A stretch of 55,352 bases of DNA, filler included, from Squatina squatina (lineage: Eukaryota), in assembly GCA_031763465.1 (NCBI GenBank). It is 3 parts of 3 records of this genome, joined end to end, with 100 filler letters (N's around TTAATTAATTAA, not from the genome) between each part and the next. Parts side by side here need not be neighbours in the genome. Positions count along the whole stretch, not along the records: positions 1 to 15,321 come from JARFOE010000219.1; positions 15,422 to 39,374 come from JARFOE010000162.1; 1 more part is not named here. One strand, written 5' to 3'. Every line of letters begins with the position of its first letter. Position 1 is the first letter of the stretch. The notes beneath the pieces are model-generated. The model was not told the DNA's origin. It searched no databases and worked only from the letters and a program-made list of their open reading frames with translations. The position numbers and the translations under genes are program-made. Of this stretch, positions 12,719 through 25,855 are shown piece after piece.

Positions 12719-14240
12719 ATGACCAGTTTAAAACGTTCCCAGACTGAAAGGGTGGGTATTGGTGCCACTTCAGTTATTGGCCCTGAACTAACCATAGGTG
12801 CACGTTCGGATGACTTCTACGCACGTCGATTCCGAACGCCAAACGGCACCTTTGGTTCGCCTAGTGCGACGGGGCCACCAAGAAGTGAAAGTGCTCACCA
12901 TGTTGGTGGAACGCCAAGTGTGCCTAAAATGGGTGTTCGAGCAAGGATTGCCGACTGGCCTCCTAGAAAGGACATGGCAAAAGAGTCTTGTAGAACAAGT
13001 GACCAAGAATCTGCAGGCAGTCCAGATGGCACAGTCATGTCTATCCATTCGAGTAGCCCAAACAGCTGGTTGAGCCAAAGTAATCAAAATTCTCTAGAAT
13101 CTTTGGCATCCAGGAGGATGCACAGTGACTACATGCAATGCAAGGCACAAGAAATGGAGAACTTGGATTCTAGGTTTCTTACACCAGATGGTTATCTCCA
13201 GTCCCCTGCAAAGAGCCTTCGCAGAATAAGACAGCGCAGTAATAGTGACATCACAATCAGCGAGCTGGATGTGGATGGAGCCGAGGAGTATGGAGCACTG
13301 AATCACAAAATGGGAACTGCCCTTCACCGGGAATATGGTAGCACTTCCTCCATTGACAAACATGGAATGTCAGGAGACAGTTTTTTTGATTTGTTAAAGG
13401 GATATAGAAATGAACAGACAGATCAACGAAGCCCAGCTCCAGAACAACTCAGTGAACTACTAAAGGCAGAAGCCAGTAAAGCCTATGGTTCAAATATTGA
13501 AAGCACCAAACATGATTTTGTAGATGGTTTCTTGGCACACAGAGGGAGCCCCAGGCCACTGCATAAAGAGAGGGAGAAACCACTTAAGAGGCGATCGAAG
13601 TCTGAAACGGGGGATTCTTCTATTTTCCGCAAATTGCGCAATGCCAAAGGTGAAAGTGAGCTCGGCAAGTCGGCAGACTTTGAGGACAGCAAATCAGAGG
13701 ACAGCGTGAAGGGCTGGGCTTGCCAGAAATGCTTTGCTCACTATGATGTGCAGAGCGTGCTGTTTGACTTGAATGAAGCCGTGATGACCAGGCACAGTGT
13801 CATTAAGAGAAGGAACACCACAACAGGTGCATCTGCGGCCGCTGCTGCCTCATTGGCTGCCGGCCCGCTAGCGCACTCCATCAGCTTCAGCTCTCCCTCG
13901 GGCAGCACAGAAGATCTGAACTCAAAAGAGAATCTCAACGTGGACTACGGGGACGAGAAAAGCAACGAGCTTGTGCTGAGCTGTTCGTACTTCAGGAATG
14001 AGATTGGCGGAGAAGGAGAGCGCAAGATAAGCCTATCCCGGTCAAATTCCGGGTCACTGAGTGGATTTGAAAGCACCCCATTTGAATTTTCCCTGAGCTC
14101 CCACTGCACAAATGCAGGAGTTGCCGTGCTGGAGATATCAAAGGAGAACTTGGCAGTGCATTGTGACAAAGTGAAGAGATATATTGTGGAGCATGTGGAC
14201 CTTGGAGCTTACTACTATCGGAAATACTTCCATCAGAAAG
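12719..14240 (+). CDS. SIPA1L1: Signal-induced proliferation-associated 1-like protein 1 (SPAR1, RapGAP), first coding exon
   Basis: ATG at 12719 gives [11 protein letters not shown]...[17 protein letters not shown]...[14 protein letters not shown]...CFAHYDVQS...[14 protein letters not shown], matching the vertebrate SIPA1L1 N-terminus. Donor AAAG|gtaaag at 14240/14241, phase 1. Confidence 0.95.
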
Positions 14241-15091
14241 GTAAAGCTCTGATTCATTACTGTTCGTGTCTCTGGTTTAGGGTGTGATTGATGTTCAAAA
14301 TCAGATCATTTGTGCGACAGGACAATGTGCAGAAAAGAAAGGTTGACGTATTGAAATTCTGGCTTGCAAATGTAGACTTTACATTGTGTCTAAAAATTGT
14401 ACGCGCTCTAAGAAGTAACTGGAGAAATGAATAATGGCAAAGAACTGTTTTGTTCGTTCAGCACATTTTTGGAATAAAATACATTTATGATTTGTATATG
14501 CCAAAATCTATTGGATGATGTAGTGACAGGGAAGTGTCACTTGTTGGGAGTCAGNNNNNNNNNNNNNNNNNNNNNNNNNNNNNNNNNNNNNNNNNNNNNN
14601 NNNNNNNNNNNNNNNNNNNNNNNNNNNNNNNNNNNNNNNNNNNNNNNNNNNNNNACCCTGTGGGCAGGGGGTGGGGCAATGCTAATTTTAAAGGGCTTCT
14701 TTTAAAAGCGTGTAATGAAGAAACAATTTATCTCTTCATCTCCAATCTGTTATGTTGTTTATCTCTTTATCTCTAATCTGTGATGTTACAAGTCAGTGCC
14801 TATGGTTGATCAAACAGGAATGGATGAATGATTTTATTCATCATTACAGTACAATTATTTTTTAGTTAATTTAATTTTGTGTCACTGATTTTGGATGGGA
14901 TGGTTTATATACTTGTATGATCAGTGATTGTGTTGTGCAACAGTAGCAGAAGTTCCTTCCAGTCCTAATTGTAGTTGTTGCCCCATGGACATTTGACGAT
15001 ACTAATTCTGTTTCCTGACTTTTGTGCAAGTAATGAGTGAAACTCGCACTTCATGGATTTCTTTTGTTCATTTCAAATGATCTTTTCTCAG

Positions 15092-15222
15092 AACACTCGA
15101 ATTACTTTGGGGTGGATGAAAATCTGGGTCCTGTGGCGGTGAGCATTAGACGGGAAAAGCTGGAGGACAGTAAAGAGCATGGACCTCAGTACAACTACCG
15201 AATCATCCTTAGAACAAGTGAG
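15092..15222 (+). CDS. SIPA1L1: SIPA1L1 second coding exon
   Basis: Acceptor tcttttctcag and donor GAG|gtgaga; 131 bp, with phase compatible with the previous exon. Encodes [44 protein letters not shown]. Confidence 0.95.
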
Positions 15223-15365
15223 GTGAGAGCATTGAATCCACTTGTATCTGATTCAAGTAAACATTTCGTTGTATTGGTTTTAAAAGTACTCATCGGGATT
15301 GTCATATTAACCCAAGTGTTTNNNNNNNNNNNNNNNNNNNNNNNNNNNNNNNNNNNNNNNNNNNN

Positions 15366-15377
15366 TTAATTAATTAA
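15366..15377. other. Synthetic scaffolding linker TTAATTAATTAA within a gap
   Basis: 44 N + 12 nt + 44 N = 100. The 12-mer is palindromic and has stops in all six frames; an identical structure occurs at 39419-39430. Confidence 0.95.
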
Positions 15378-17036
15378 NNNNNNNNNNNNNNNNNNNNNNN
15401 NNNNNNNNNNNNNNNNNNNNNAATATAAGAATACTAGAAATACATGATTGCCTTTTTGCTGAAATTTCCACTAGAATTAAACATGGTGAGAGTTCAGATA
15501 TTTGTGAAACAGCATTCTGATTCTCGCAATTGTACAAGTTAAGTCGATGTTCGTTCTTTGCATATAAATGCAAATTAGTCAGTGTTTTCTCAAAAGTAAG
15601 AGGTTTCCTGCACATTAGAACTGACATATAGCCCCTGTTGAATTTCATGAATTGCAGTGTATTTCCATCTATAATGATCAAGTTAAGAGATTGAACATAA
15701 TTAGTTGATTATTGCAGCCAAGCGAGGCTCCTATTTTCTGACCAGCAAAGTAAAAATAACCTGTGTATTTTTAATTTCAAAAGGTTTATAATATAATGAT
15801 GCATTCCTGCAGCTTGACTCGTCTGAAGTGTTGATATTGTTACTAAAATGAAAAACTCATGTTTGGGTTTGAATTTAACAACTGTATACATTTCCTGTTT
15901 TTTGATTTTTATTTGTTGCAATTGTAAGACTCTAACGTCAGCCTGTCACATTCTATGTGACTGTCAAATTTCATTGCAATATTCTGGGAATAATCCTGAG
16001 GTACAGTCGTTGCAGGGGATACTCAGTGCTGTGGTATTAATGCTGGGGCTGTCACACATGTTGGAAACCTTAGTTAGCTGTCAAAGGAAGAGCCTGCAGT
16101 GGCTGAAAGCTTCATTAACTCAGCTTTGTTCTGATTCAGTGCAGTCGGGTGGGCAAATGATGCCTTAAGTGTTATCAGCAGCATGCAGGTCCTTACGTTA
16201 CCTAGCAACACAGATTAATCCACATCACAGGCCTGTAAAAAAATCATCCTTTTCAATTTTGTAGCAGTGCAAATGTACAGATCTTGCTCCTTACAATTGA
16301 TCTTCCTCAGTGGAAAGTCTAGGTTTTTTTTAGCAAAGTATTAACACTATCTTTGATTTTAGAGAAAATCAGTTGGAAACCTATTCTATTCAATGTAGTG
16401 ATTAATCCTACATAGACAGGAAACTGCTCATTATTCCGCTCCATGCTCAGTTTCCATCATGGTATAAGCTGGCAATAAGAGTTGCTCTTATGTATCAACT
16501 CATAGAAGTAATAAATTATGATGCATAAAACAGCATGGTACTATAATTGTTTTGAAAATAGAAAGCTGCAAATGGTCTTGCTTCAGAATTGCTATTATTG
16601 TATTGACTATAAAATTGAAAATTTGTACACACGCACTGCCTACAAAACTGAGAAAGATGATTAGTTATATTAATAGATAGAAGGAATTTCAACAGCACTC
16701 ACAGACATACTTTAAAAAATTATGAATAGAGTTGCCGAATGCATCAAATGATGCTTGGTTTCAAAGAGGACAGAGATTTTGAATTTCCCTTATCTAGATG
16801 GATGAACAGTTCTCTGCAGCTAATGTATGTAAATCTGATGACAAATGCACAACTCAAAATGGTAAAATGTTGTTGACTTTCAGGACACAGAATGATCCTA
16901 ATGGATGGAATTGTACTTGCGGTTTAAAATTACTGAATTAGGATTACTGATGCAAAGGCACAATTAAGACAGAAAACAACATGTAACATAATTGTAGTGA
17001 TTGGTTAATTTAGTTTCACATCATTGCATTCTTATC

Positions 17037-17311
17037 GGGAGGATTTCCACTTGTTTCATGTAGTTGTATTAGCGCAATCAGGGTGGAATCGGCCAAACCA
17101 GTGCAAAATTCTAAACGTGAGTTACGCCAAAAGCCACTTACATTTGAATTTTCCACCATCTTTAATCCTGATTCGAGTGTCAATTCACCCGAATCAGGCC
17201 CCACCCACCAAAATGGCCGTACCCATAGGTCAAAATTGTGAGATTCCACAATTGCGCTGGTTCGGGAAGGCTCTTCGAATTGCGCTCATTTTTGTCAGTG
17301 CACAGGCAGTA
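17037..17311. mobile_element. Harbinger-like MITE end truncated by a gap
   Basis: Begins GGGAGGATTTCC, followed by CpG-enriched sequence up to the contig end. Confidence 0.45.
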
Positions 17312-17411
17312 NNNNNNNNNNNNNNNNNNNNNNNNNNNNNNNNNNNNNNNNNNNNNNNNNNNNNNNNNNNNNNNNNNNNNNNNNNNNNNNNNNNNNNNNN
17401 NNNNNNNNNNN

Positions 17412-18015
17412 TGCTGCTGGTGTTGGGCTCACCCTGGTCCGATTCTGAGGACCAAGGTGAGACAGTATAAATGGCACCCATGCTGATGGAATAGATGGTA
17501 GGTCAAGTAGAGATGATGGAAGCAATCTGTCAATGGTGTGATAGGTTCTACCAATGAGGTGAGAGTGGATTCCAACTTTGCTGGAAACACTTGCAGCCTC
17601 TAGAAAGCTACATCTGTACTGAAAATGCACTCAGCGACAGCCTTAGTAAAGTAACCACATGTCAGGTAGGAGTATTTTTGACCTTTCCATGTTAGGCACT
17701 AATGAGCTGGATCAATGGCCACTTAACTTCTGCCTCGGGTTCACAGACGTGGTTCCCGAACTGCGTGATTCCTGTGGTCATCCAGGGAAATTTGAAAGGT
17801 ATGGTTATAAAGAACCTTAAGGATTTGACAAATACCTAATAATGATCTCAATAACCTCGGCCGCCTCTGCTGTTCGGATCGCTGCTGCGCTGGCAAATGC
17901 GCCCGAGGGAAAGGTACGTGGGGGCGGGATGACGATGGGTTCCTGACCCACTCCAACTTATTTCAAATTTCCCACCTCTGTTCGCGCCCCACATGAACGC
18001 AATAAAATTCCGGCG
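17412..18015 (-). mobile_element. Probable 5' end of a Harbinger element (TIR, GC-rich subterminal region, possible ORF start)
   Basis: TIR-like aaaattccggcg at 18004-18015 and a GC-rich subterminal block. A minus-strand ATG at 17481 (MGAIYTVSPWSSESDQ...) runs into the gap. Confidence 0.4.
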
Positions 18016-18742
18016 TCTGAGGGTTTTGCCTTACCCTCTAATCGTAAAAACTACAGGGTACATTTCAGTAAACAGGCGCTAACTTACTCCAGAAATATTG
18101 GTGCGAGGATGAAAAGTGCTGGAGTTAATTGTTTTTTTTGTCTTATTATTAGTGTAATATCGATCTGAGATACATATTAATCTGATTCTGTGGCAATTCT
18201 GCTCTGTCAATAATAAATCTCCCTCTTATCCTTGGAAGATTTATTATTACTGTCAAAGTGCTATTTTTGTCATTGTGCAAATAATAAGCTTTTCTATCTT
18301 GCGGGTAACATGGTTTCTCTTCCGATCATTACTAAAGATTTGAATTGAAGCTCTGATTTTCTGGAAGGTTAAAAGTCAACTAATTATAATTTAAATATAT
18401 TGGCAGGTTTGAAGAAATTACGATTTCAGTGTTATTTAGAAATTCGATTCTCTTCCATTGGTACATTACTGATGTATACAAGATGCTTGGACAACTTTAT
18501 TAATTGCTGGCCCAAAACTGCCCGAACTGGAGGAGAAGCATCCACGAAGGTGTCACTCACTTCGAGCTCCTCTGGTGGGAATACGTATCGGCCAAGCACA
18601 GGCAGTGGATGGAGCGCGCGGAAATCCGAGCATCCCATCCACNNNNNNNNNNNNNNNNNNNNNNNNNNNNNNNNNNNNNNNNNNNNNNNNNNNNNNNNNN
18701 NNNNNNNNNNNNNNNNNNNNNNNNNNNNNNNNNNNNNNNNNN

Positions 18743-18937
18743 TAGAGCACTGTGAAGTGGAAGCCATGCAATGATGTGTTTGCACCTCGCCTCCGGGGCC
18801 AGCAGGGCGCCGGTGCACATAGCGCCTAAAGTCCCAACTTAGTGCCACCCGGAAAAAAAATGGTGAATTTTGCAATGTCATAGCGCCTCCAAATAGGCCC
18901 AAACACCTCTGCAGAGGCATCAGCCAATTTCACCCCC
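18743..18937. mobile_element. Harbinger-like MITE right end
   Basis: Ends in AATTTCACCCCC, identical to the right TIR at 2601-2612, and directly abuts a truncated SINE. Confidence 0.65.
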
Positions 18938-19320
18938 TTGAAATGTAGTCACTGTTGTAATGTGGGAAACGCAGCAGCCAATTTGCACACAGCAAGCTCC
19001 TACGAACAGCAATGTGATAATGACCAGATAATCTTTTTTATTTTGTTGCTTGAGGGATAAGTATTGTACAGGGCCCTGGGGATAGCTCCCCTGCTCCTCT
19101 TCACAATAGTGCCATGAGATCTTTTACATCCACCTGAGAGCAGACGGGGGCCTCTGTTTAATATCTCATCCGAAAGATGGCACCTTCTACAGTGCAGCAC
19201 TTCCTCAGCACTGCACTGTCAGCCTAGCTTTATGTGCTCAAGACTCTAGAGTGGGACTTGAACCCACAAGCCTTCTGACTTCAGAGGCAAGTATGCTACC
19301 CACTGAGCCACAGCTGACAC
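18938..19320 (-). mobile_element. tRNA-derived DeuSINE (SacSINE1-like), 3'-truncated
   Basis: Minus-strand head gtgtcagctgtggctcagtgg (A box)...gggttcaagtcc (B box). Deu-domain-like core gtgctgcactg...ctttcggatgaga.attaaac.gaggcccc...gatgtaaaagatc.catggcact. Confidence 0.85.
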
Positions 19321-22300
19321 TGAAGAGTGAGTTGTCTTCAGGAGAGGTAAAAGAAGTGAATTGTTGAGGGAAGAAGCTTATGTAATGGTTATTTTTTTTG
19401 TTGAAGTTAATCTGATGTGCCAACTTTGTTTCTTAGGAAGCTGACAATGATGATTTGAAACCTCTGACAAAATAAATACATACTATAAAAGAAAGAAAAT
19501 AAATTCTGCTCTGAAGCATCCCTGTCAAGCGTTTTGGAAGTCGTGCATTGCACAATAGGTCCAAAGGCATTTTATATCTAAATTGCTAATTCATCTGTGG
19601 CCTTTCTTGTAGAATCACTACATTTATCATGTTTATCCCTGAAGATGGCAAATCCCACTGAGTGAATCCACAAAACAGGCTTTGAGTNNNNNNNNNNNNN
19701 NNNNNNAAAACATTTACATTTAATCACAAAAGATGCAGCTATCACATGCTCAACTGCCAGCTAATCAGTAACTGTTCCCCATGGAGCAATATAGAAATGC
19801 CACTTGCTTTAGGGCAAACACAACATATTGAAGTAAAATATAATAATTCGGAGTTGGCTAGTTCTGAGTATTTTTTTCCATGTTCTTAGCTATGAGAAGA
19901 AATATGTTTAGACTTTGAAATATGAAACTCATATATTTATTTGGTTTTAACAAAAGACTGAAATGATGACCTTTCAAATCGAAATGTTCCTTAAGGAATC
20001 AAAATGTAATTTATCCAGGTCCGATCGAGATATCTGGAGAGTACGTGAACCTTTGTTGCCTGAAGTAAATATTATGTCTGTGCTCTGAAAGCTGTCATTT
20101 ACACAGTTCATAACAGGCATTTAAAAAGCAGGGCTATTTGCCAAGAGGTCATTCTTACAGCTGCCCCATTCCCACCACAACTTGGGCTGCCGGGGGAATT
20201 CGCAAGGAAACAGTTGTAACTGTTCAGTTTTTAACTGGCAGTTTTNNNNNNNNNNNNNNNNNNNNNNNNNNNNNNNNNNNNNNNNNNNNNNNNNNNNNNN
20301 NNNNNNNNNNNCATAATCAAAGTAAATATATGTAGATTGGCACTGCTCAGAAGGCTACTCATGAGGCTTTTTAACTTGTTTAATCAATTGCAGCTGCTAC
20401 ATAATGAATAGAGCTTTTTAAAATGTATCTGCAAATTCATCATTAAGGGGGTACTTATCTCTTTGCTGTGGCAATGTAAAACGAGGCGAGGCCTATGCAA
20501 AAGGTCATCTTCCTAGAGTGCATGATGGATAATGACCAAAGAGGTGTTGTAAATTTCATTTTTTTATATATAAATATTTTTTTAAAAGCCCCGGTTTCCA
20601 GGGCACAAGCAGCCATCGGCTTTCGCAGAAAATGATGGTAATCGTTGCAGCAGTCACGTTTGAAAGCAAACAAAGGACCCGGTGCTGCTGTGATTACTGC
20701 TTGATTGGACATAGTATTTCTGCTAGAAGCTATTAACAGTGCATCTTCAGCTTTATTATCCTGCTGAGACTCAAACAGAGGGAAGAGCGTTTTCCACAAT
20801 GTGTGAAAGAAAGAGAAAACAAGAAAAATCATAGATTTGGAGGACTGATTCACTCAGATCCTCTGATTAATGGAAATGACTGCAGCAAATGATGGGACAG
20901 ATTGATCATTTTTCTCTAATGACTGTGATCAACGATAATACAAAAGAGAAAATGAGGGCAGATAGCGAGCACATTTCCAGCAACATGAAATTGTCCTGTA
21001 TTGAGGGCCCTACACATGCGTATAGCTATTACTGAGTCTGTGACTGCAAAAAGAACANNNNNNNNNNNNNNNNNNNNNNNNNNNNNNNNNNNNNNNNNNN
21101 NNNNNNNNNNNNNNNNNNNNNNNNNNNNNNNNNNNNNNNNNNNNNNNNNNNNNNNNNTTCTAGCCCCCTTTTAACACTGTGATAAATTGCTAAAGTTTTA
21201 GGTACCATCAATGATAAGGCAAAGCAAACTGGAGCATTGAATTCAAGGGGAAGCGAAGTCTGGGGTGGGGTACTTATCATTCAAAGTATTCCCAGAGACA
21301 CTCATTCCCATTTAATTTGTATCACAAAGACGAGAGTCTCTCTAAGGATAAACCATGGATCCAACAGTGGACTTTTTATGCCATTAAAGTGCCATTGTCT
21401 TTCTAACGGCTGAAAACCTGTAATGCTATTCATTGTAATTGCTACATCTCTTTAACCATTATTTTGAAATTGCAATTAGCAACTATTGTACCTCTTTATG
21501 TAAACCTTATTATTAAAGATGTGCTGATTCAGATCTTAGAATCAATAAACTGCATTTTCTGCTTGTGCACTTGAAGTTTAATTGAGAGATTCACATTCTT
21601 GAAAGTAATTTGCAGGGTGGAGACATTGGGCAGACTTGCCCTCACATCTTGTGAGGAAGTACGTTATTTACCTTGGTGTTTCCCTGTTGTTGTTTTTGTT
21701 ATCTTCACACTCTTCCCCTTGGAGAATAGTTTGAAATAGATAAAGGATTCACAGGCTGATTAACATGCCATGACGTGAACACTCCTTCTATGGCCATAAC
21801 CGTCTTTGACTAGCGGATAAGGTAGTTAGTCCTATATGATGGAAAGGTTTTATGCGTTGCTATCATCCATAATGATAGAGACGGATGGGGTGCAGGGTGG
21901 TCACAGACACCGGATGCAAGTATCCCACTGGATAGCAACCCAGACTTCAGAGCCGGAGCTCTAGTCTGCACTCGGCAGAACTGTTGGGAACGGCATTGGA
22001 ACCATGCACCTTCTGACTCTACTACTAATAAGCTAAAGGCTCATTCTTCTCTGATAAGCTAGTTGAGATCTAATCCTCACCATGTGAGCCATACCCTACT
22101 TCCCCATTATACGGTGTGTCAACATGCTGCACTACCATCACCAGAAAATAGACAAATCTTAATAATGACATCATAATATCTACTGTACCATCTGATCATT
22201 TTATGCAATCGAGAACAGATAAGTAATGTGCTATGTTAGGATTGTATTTTCAAATACAGCATTTTTTTAGCTGTGAGTGAAAATTCAATTTTTAAAATTT

Positions 22301-25300
22301 GCTGGACCATGTGATCCTACTACATAATATCAACAAATTCAAATGCATTGTTGATGCAGTTCAGCTGTACTGACTGTGCTTGCTGGGCCATTGAGACTTT
22401 CCCAATTACCACTAGACCATAAAATAATTGTGTAACAACAGATACAGAAGATGTCCTGACAAGACTATGAAACTGTGCCATTGTGCTTTTTGGCCATTGC
22501 TGACCTTCAGCATGTCTTTTCTTATAATATACCAAGAGTACATTTTGCTATGAGAGCTTTGTTTGGCAATGACAGCATGTCATACCCGGTTAACAACAAC
22601 TATTCAATTTTTCTGATGTATTGTGCCATGCATAGGTCAGTGATTCATAACTGCAATTGGCAGCACTTAATAAGAATCGGTGNNNNNNNNNNNNNNNNNN
22701 NNNNNNNNNNNNNNNNNNNNNNNNNNNNNNNNNNNNNNNNNNNNNNNNNNNNNNNNNNNNNNNNNNNNNNNNNNNNNNNNNNTTGACTTTCAACACTCGT
22801 TGCAATGCAGCAGCCTGAGAACTGCAGTGGACGCAGTTCATTTGGAAGCCTGCCAGATTAACTGAGAATCATCATTATGTAGATCATCAGCTGTCCGTGG
22901 CAATCAAAGATTCCGCATCAAGTCAATAATGGCAGCTGCTGAGCTTTGACATACAAAAATTTGCTGCGGCTGCACTGAAAAATAGGAAGATGAGATAAAA
23001 TATATTTTGTGAAAGATGCCATTCAGCAGCAATGGAACTAGGCTAATGCATAGTATTTCAGATTATGTGGTGTCAGTCATAAATACTTCAGCCGCCTTTT
23101 AAAAAATTTCAATAGCTTGTTTATGAATATGACCCTGCCACGTGTTTTAAACTATCTCCTACTGTAATGCAGAGGAATCCAGATATATTACAATACACTT
23201 TTTTTTTGCATTCAAGAACCTTAATTTTCTTTCATTGCTGCTGTGCACTCTGGGCAAGAAGACATCATTATGAGCTATTCCAGACTGCCAACAGTATTTT
23301 GCAGAATTTAGCTCACAAATGAATTGTGCGTATTCTAATTAAAATGAAGGACTGCACTGTAATTATTCAGAAAGAAAATGCATCTTAAATCCAAATATAA
23401 ATTGAATTTTGAAATGTGGAAATATATTTTTTTCCCCCTTGTCTCCTTTTCTCACCCCTCCGCAAAGGTATCGACTCCTTGTTGAGTATTTGGTTGACGG
23501 ATGCCAGTTGCCCTCTGGTTTCTCACCCAAGTAGCCATATTTCATCTATGTGCGCAGGGGTCGAAGGTCAGCAGTCTATTCCACTATGGGTGTGTAGTGG
23601 AGTGGTGGTGGCGCTTATAGATGNNNNNNNNNNNNNNNNNNNNNNNNNNNNNNNNNNNNNNNNNNNNNNNNNNNNNNNNNNNNNNNNNNNNNNNNNNNNN
23701 NNNNNNNNNNNNNNNNNNNNNNNATGGAGCTACAAAACATTTTTGCTTTTATGCCACGTTTGTAAGCGAACAAATAGAGCGTACTTTTTTTACAGTTATA
23801 CTGATGTAGGTGTCAGTGGCTGTTTTGATATCTTTGAAAAATAGGCTGTTGTAAATACCAAGGAAAGGCACTCCAGAGGAAAATATTGTCAGCAGATCAA
23901 TGCATCCCTGGGCAAAATCGTAACCTGTGAATGCACTGAATGGCTCAGTGAACCTTTTGGTGTGAAACTGCTATAAATTGAACAGTTTGACAGGAAGAAA
24001 CTAATCTGTTCCACATCACTTGGACAAGGGTCACCCGCTATGATTGGCTCTAAGAACACCTTTTAATAGCACTGACTTGTTTTGCAAAATCTTTATACAT
24101 TGCTGGCTTACAACAGAAATGCAGTGGCACTTTGAAAATGAAAGTTTGCTTACACAAAGCAGAAATGCTTTCATTGTTCATGTGTTAGGAAACATGATGC
24201 TTTCTGCAGAATTTTGGCCCAGTTTTTCTTTTGCAATTTTGCTTCAACTATGGCAACATGATTATTCAGAACTGTTGTCTCACTGTGTATCAGGCTAATG
24301 GTATATTCAGGACAAGAAGATGACTTATAATGAACTGCATAGACTGCACTCAGCTCAGTTCAAGATTTAATTAATATAGAAGTACAGAATTTTATTTCTA
24401 CTCATACAAACGAGGGTGAAGGTTGTCTGTATTTGCATAGTGACTTAACACTGAAGGTGCACTCACTTATTTGCACATTTGTACAGCTACAGGACTATGA
24501 AGATTATCTTCAACATTTTCCTGGAAAGAAAATGTTAGCCTGCATCAAATTATACATGATAAAATACAGACCTTGTCAGGTCACGAGGAGCCTTACAGGT
24601 GAGGTTACCTTTTAGCGACTTTGCTATTAATGGCCATTAAAATTAAATGAAAAAATATTTCTTTCTTGGGAATAAAAAAAGAGCAGTCAGTCAAGCAAGT
24701 GAACTCTCCCAGCTAGATTGTGTAAGAACGTTTTGCTATTTATGTCACTGTATGAGAAGATAAATGCATGTCTTTCCTCCCTGGTGATAACAATTTCAGG
24801 AGTTGTTATCTGGTCAGGAATGCTGAGATGAAGCACAGCATTACATTTGCTGGTTGCTGACTACAATGGGATAGTAGTTCTGACATGCATCCACAGCCGA
24901 ACAATGTATATGTATTCCCAATTCCTATCAATGGCTGTTTACTAATTCTGCAGTCACATTGCATTAGCAGGATTCACTTGAAATACAGTTAATTTCATGC
25001 TTTGTCGTTTGCTCCTCACATCCCCCAATAGCTGTGCCGAGTGAGATAACACACTCCCACCAGCTGAAAGCCCTCCTGAGGTTGCTTTCAATCAAATAAG
25101 CAGTTTCCTTTTTGTGGATGTCAATGCTTCTCTTTTGTGCAAGCTCTTTCATTCACACGACCAGTAATTAGAACAAAAAAGGAAATTGGTTAATTTTCTC
25201 ATACAAAAGATGCACCTGAATTGCATCTTTCTGACATACTTTTCCTTCCTTTGCAGGAAAAGCGCAATCCTTGTAAATTTTGGATAACAGTATTTGTACA

Positions 25301-25696
25301 AAAATATCTTAAGTATGGCCTCTTATTTCATCAATGTTGTATCAATGCAGTTGTTTGTAATGATTAATTTAGAAAGGCCAATGATTCATTACAGTTCAGT
25401 TAATAGAAATATTGACAGATCTTTTGTTTGCCAAAGAATATTTTATTTTATGAATTGATGTTAGTTATTTATCAAATTTCTCAGCTTTTTCAATTATTGT
25501 AAACAAAGTACTGAAGAGAAGCATCTGACACAGATATGTATTTCATGAGCCTTTGAATATATGGCAGCTTAATAATGCAAGAAAACCCCTTTAATCCATA
25601 GACTCCTTTTAAAGAAGCAAGTCAAAGTGTGTTTGTTTTCCTATTTCTCTATAGCATTAACAAACCCATAATAAATTGTTCTAAGAGGGTCACCAT

Positions 25697-25755
25697 AAGA
25701 CCATAAGAAATAGGAACAGGAGTAGGCCATTCGGCCCCTCGAGCCTGCCCCACCA
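25697..25755 (-). mobile_element. CR1 LINE 3' tail
   Basis: cataagaccataagaaataggaacaggagtaggccattcggcccctcgagcc is the reverse complement of a CR1 tail with its terminal short repeat. Confidence 0.8.
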
Positions 25756-25855
25756 NNNNNNNNNNNNNNNNNNNNNNNNNNNNNNNNNNNNNNNNNNNNN
25801 NNNNNNNNNNNNNNNNNNNNNNNNNNNNNNNNNNNNNNNNNNNNNNNNNNNNNNN

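Noticed and set aside
12710-14287. 525-aa single-exon gene starting at GTG
   Set aside because: The true start is ATG 12719 (MTSLKRSQ), and the frame splices out at 14240; the remainder is intron read-through.
10027-15222. Fibrillin-SIPA1L1 fusion or nested gene
   Set aside because: The pieces are separated by unsized gaps in a patchwork scaffold, and the SIPA1L1 exon begins with non-coding 5' UTR.
19240-19320. tRNA gene (also at 47356 and 39633)
   Set aside because: The A/B boxes are followed by SINE bodies and no complete cloverleaf forms; these are SINE heads.
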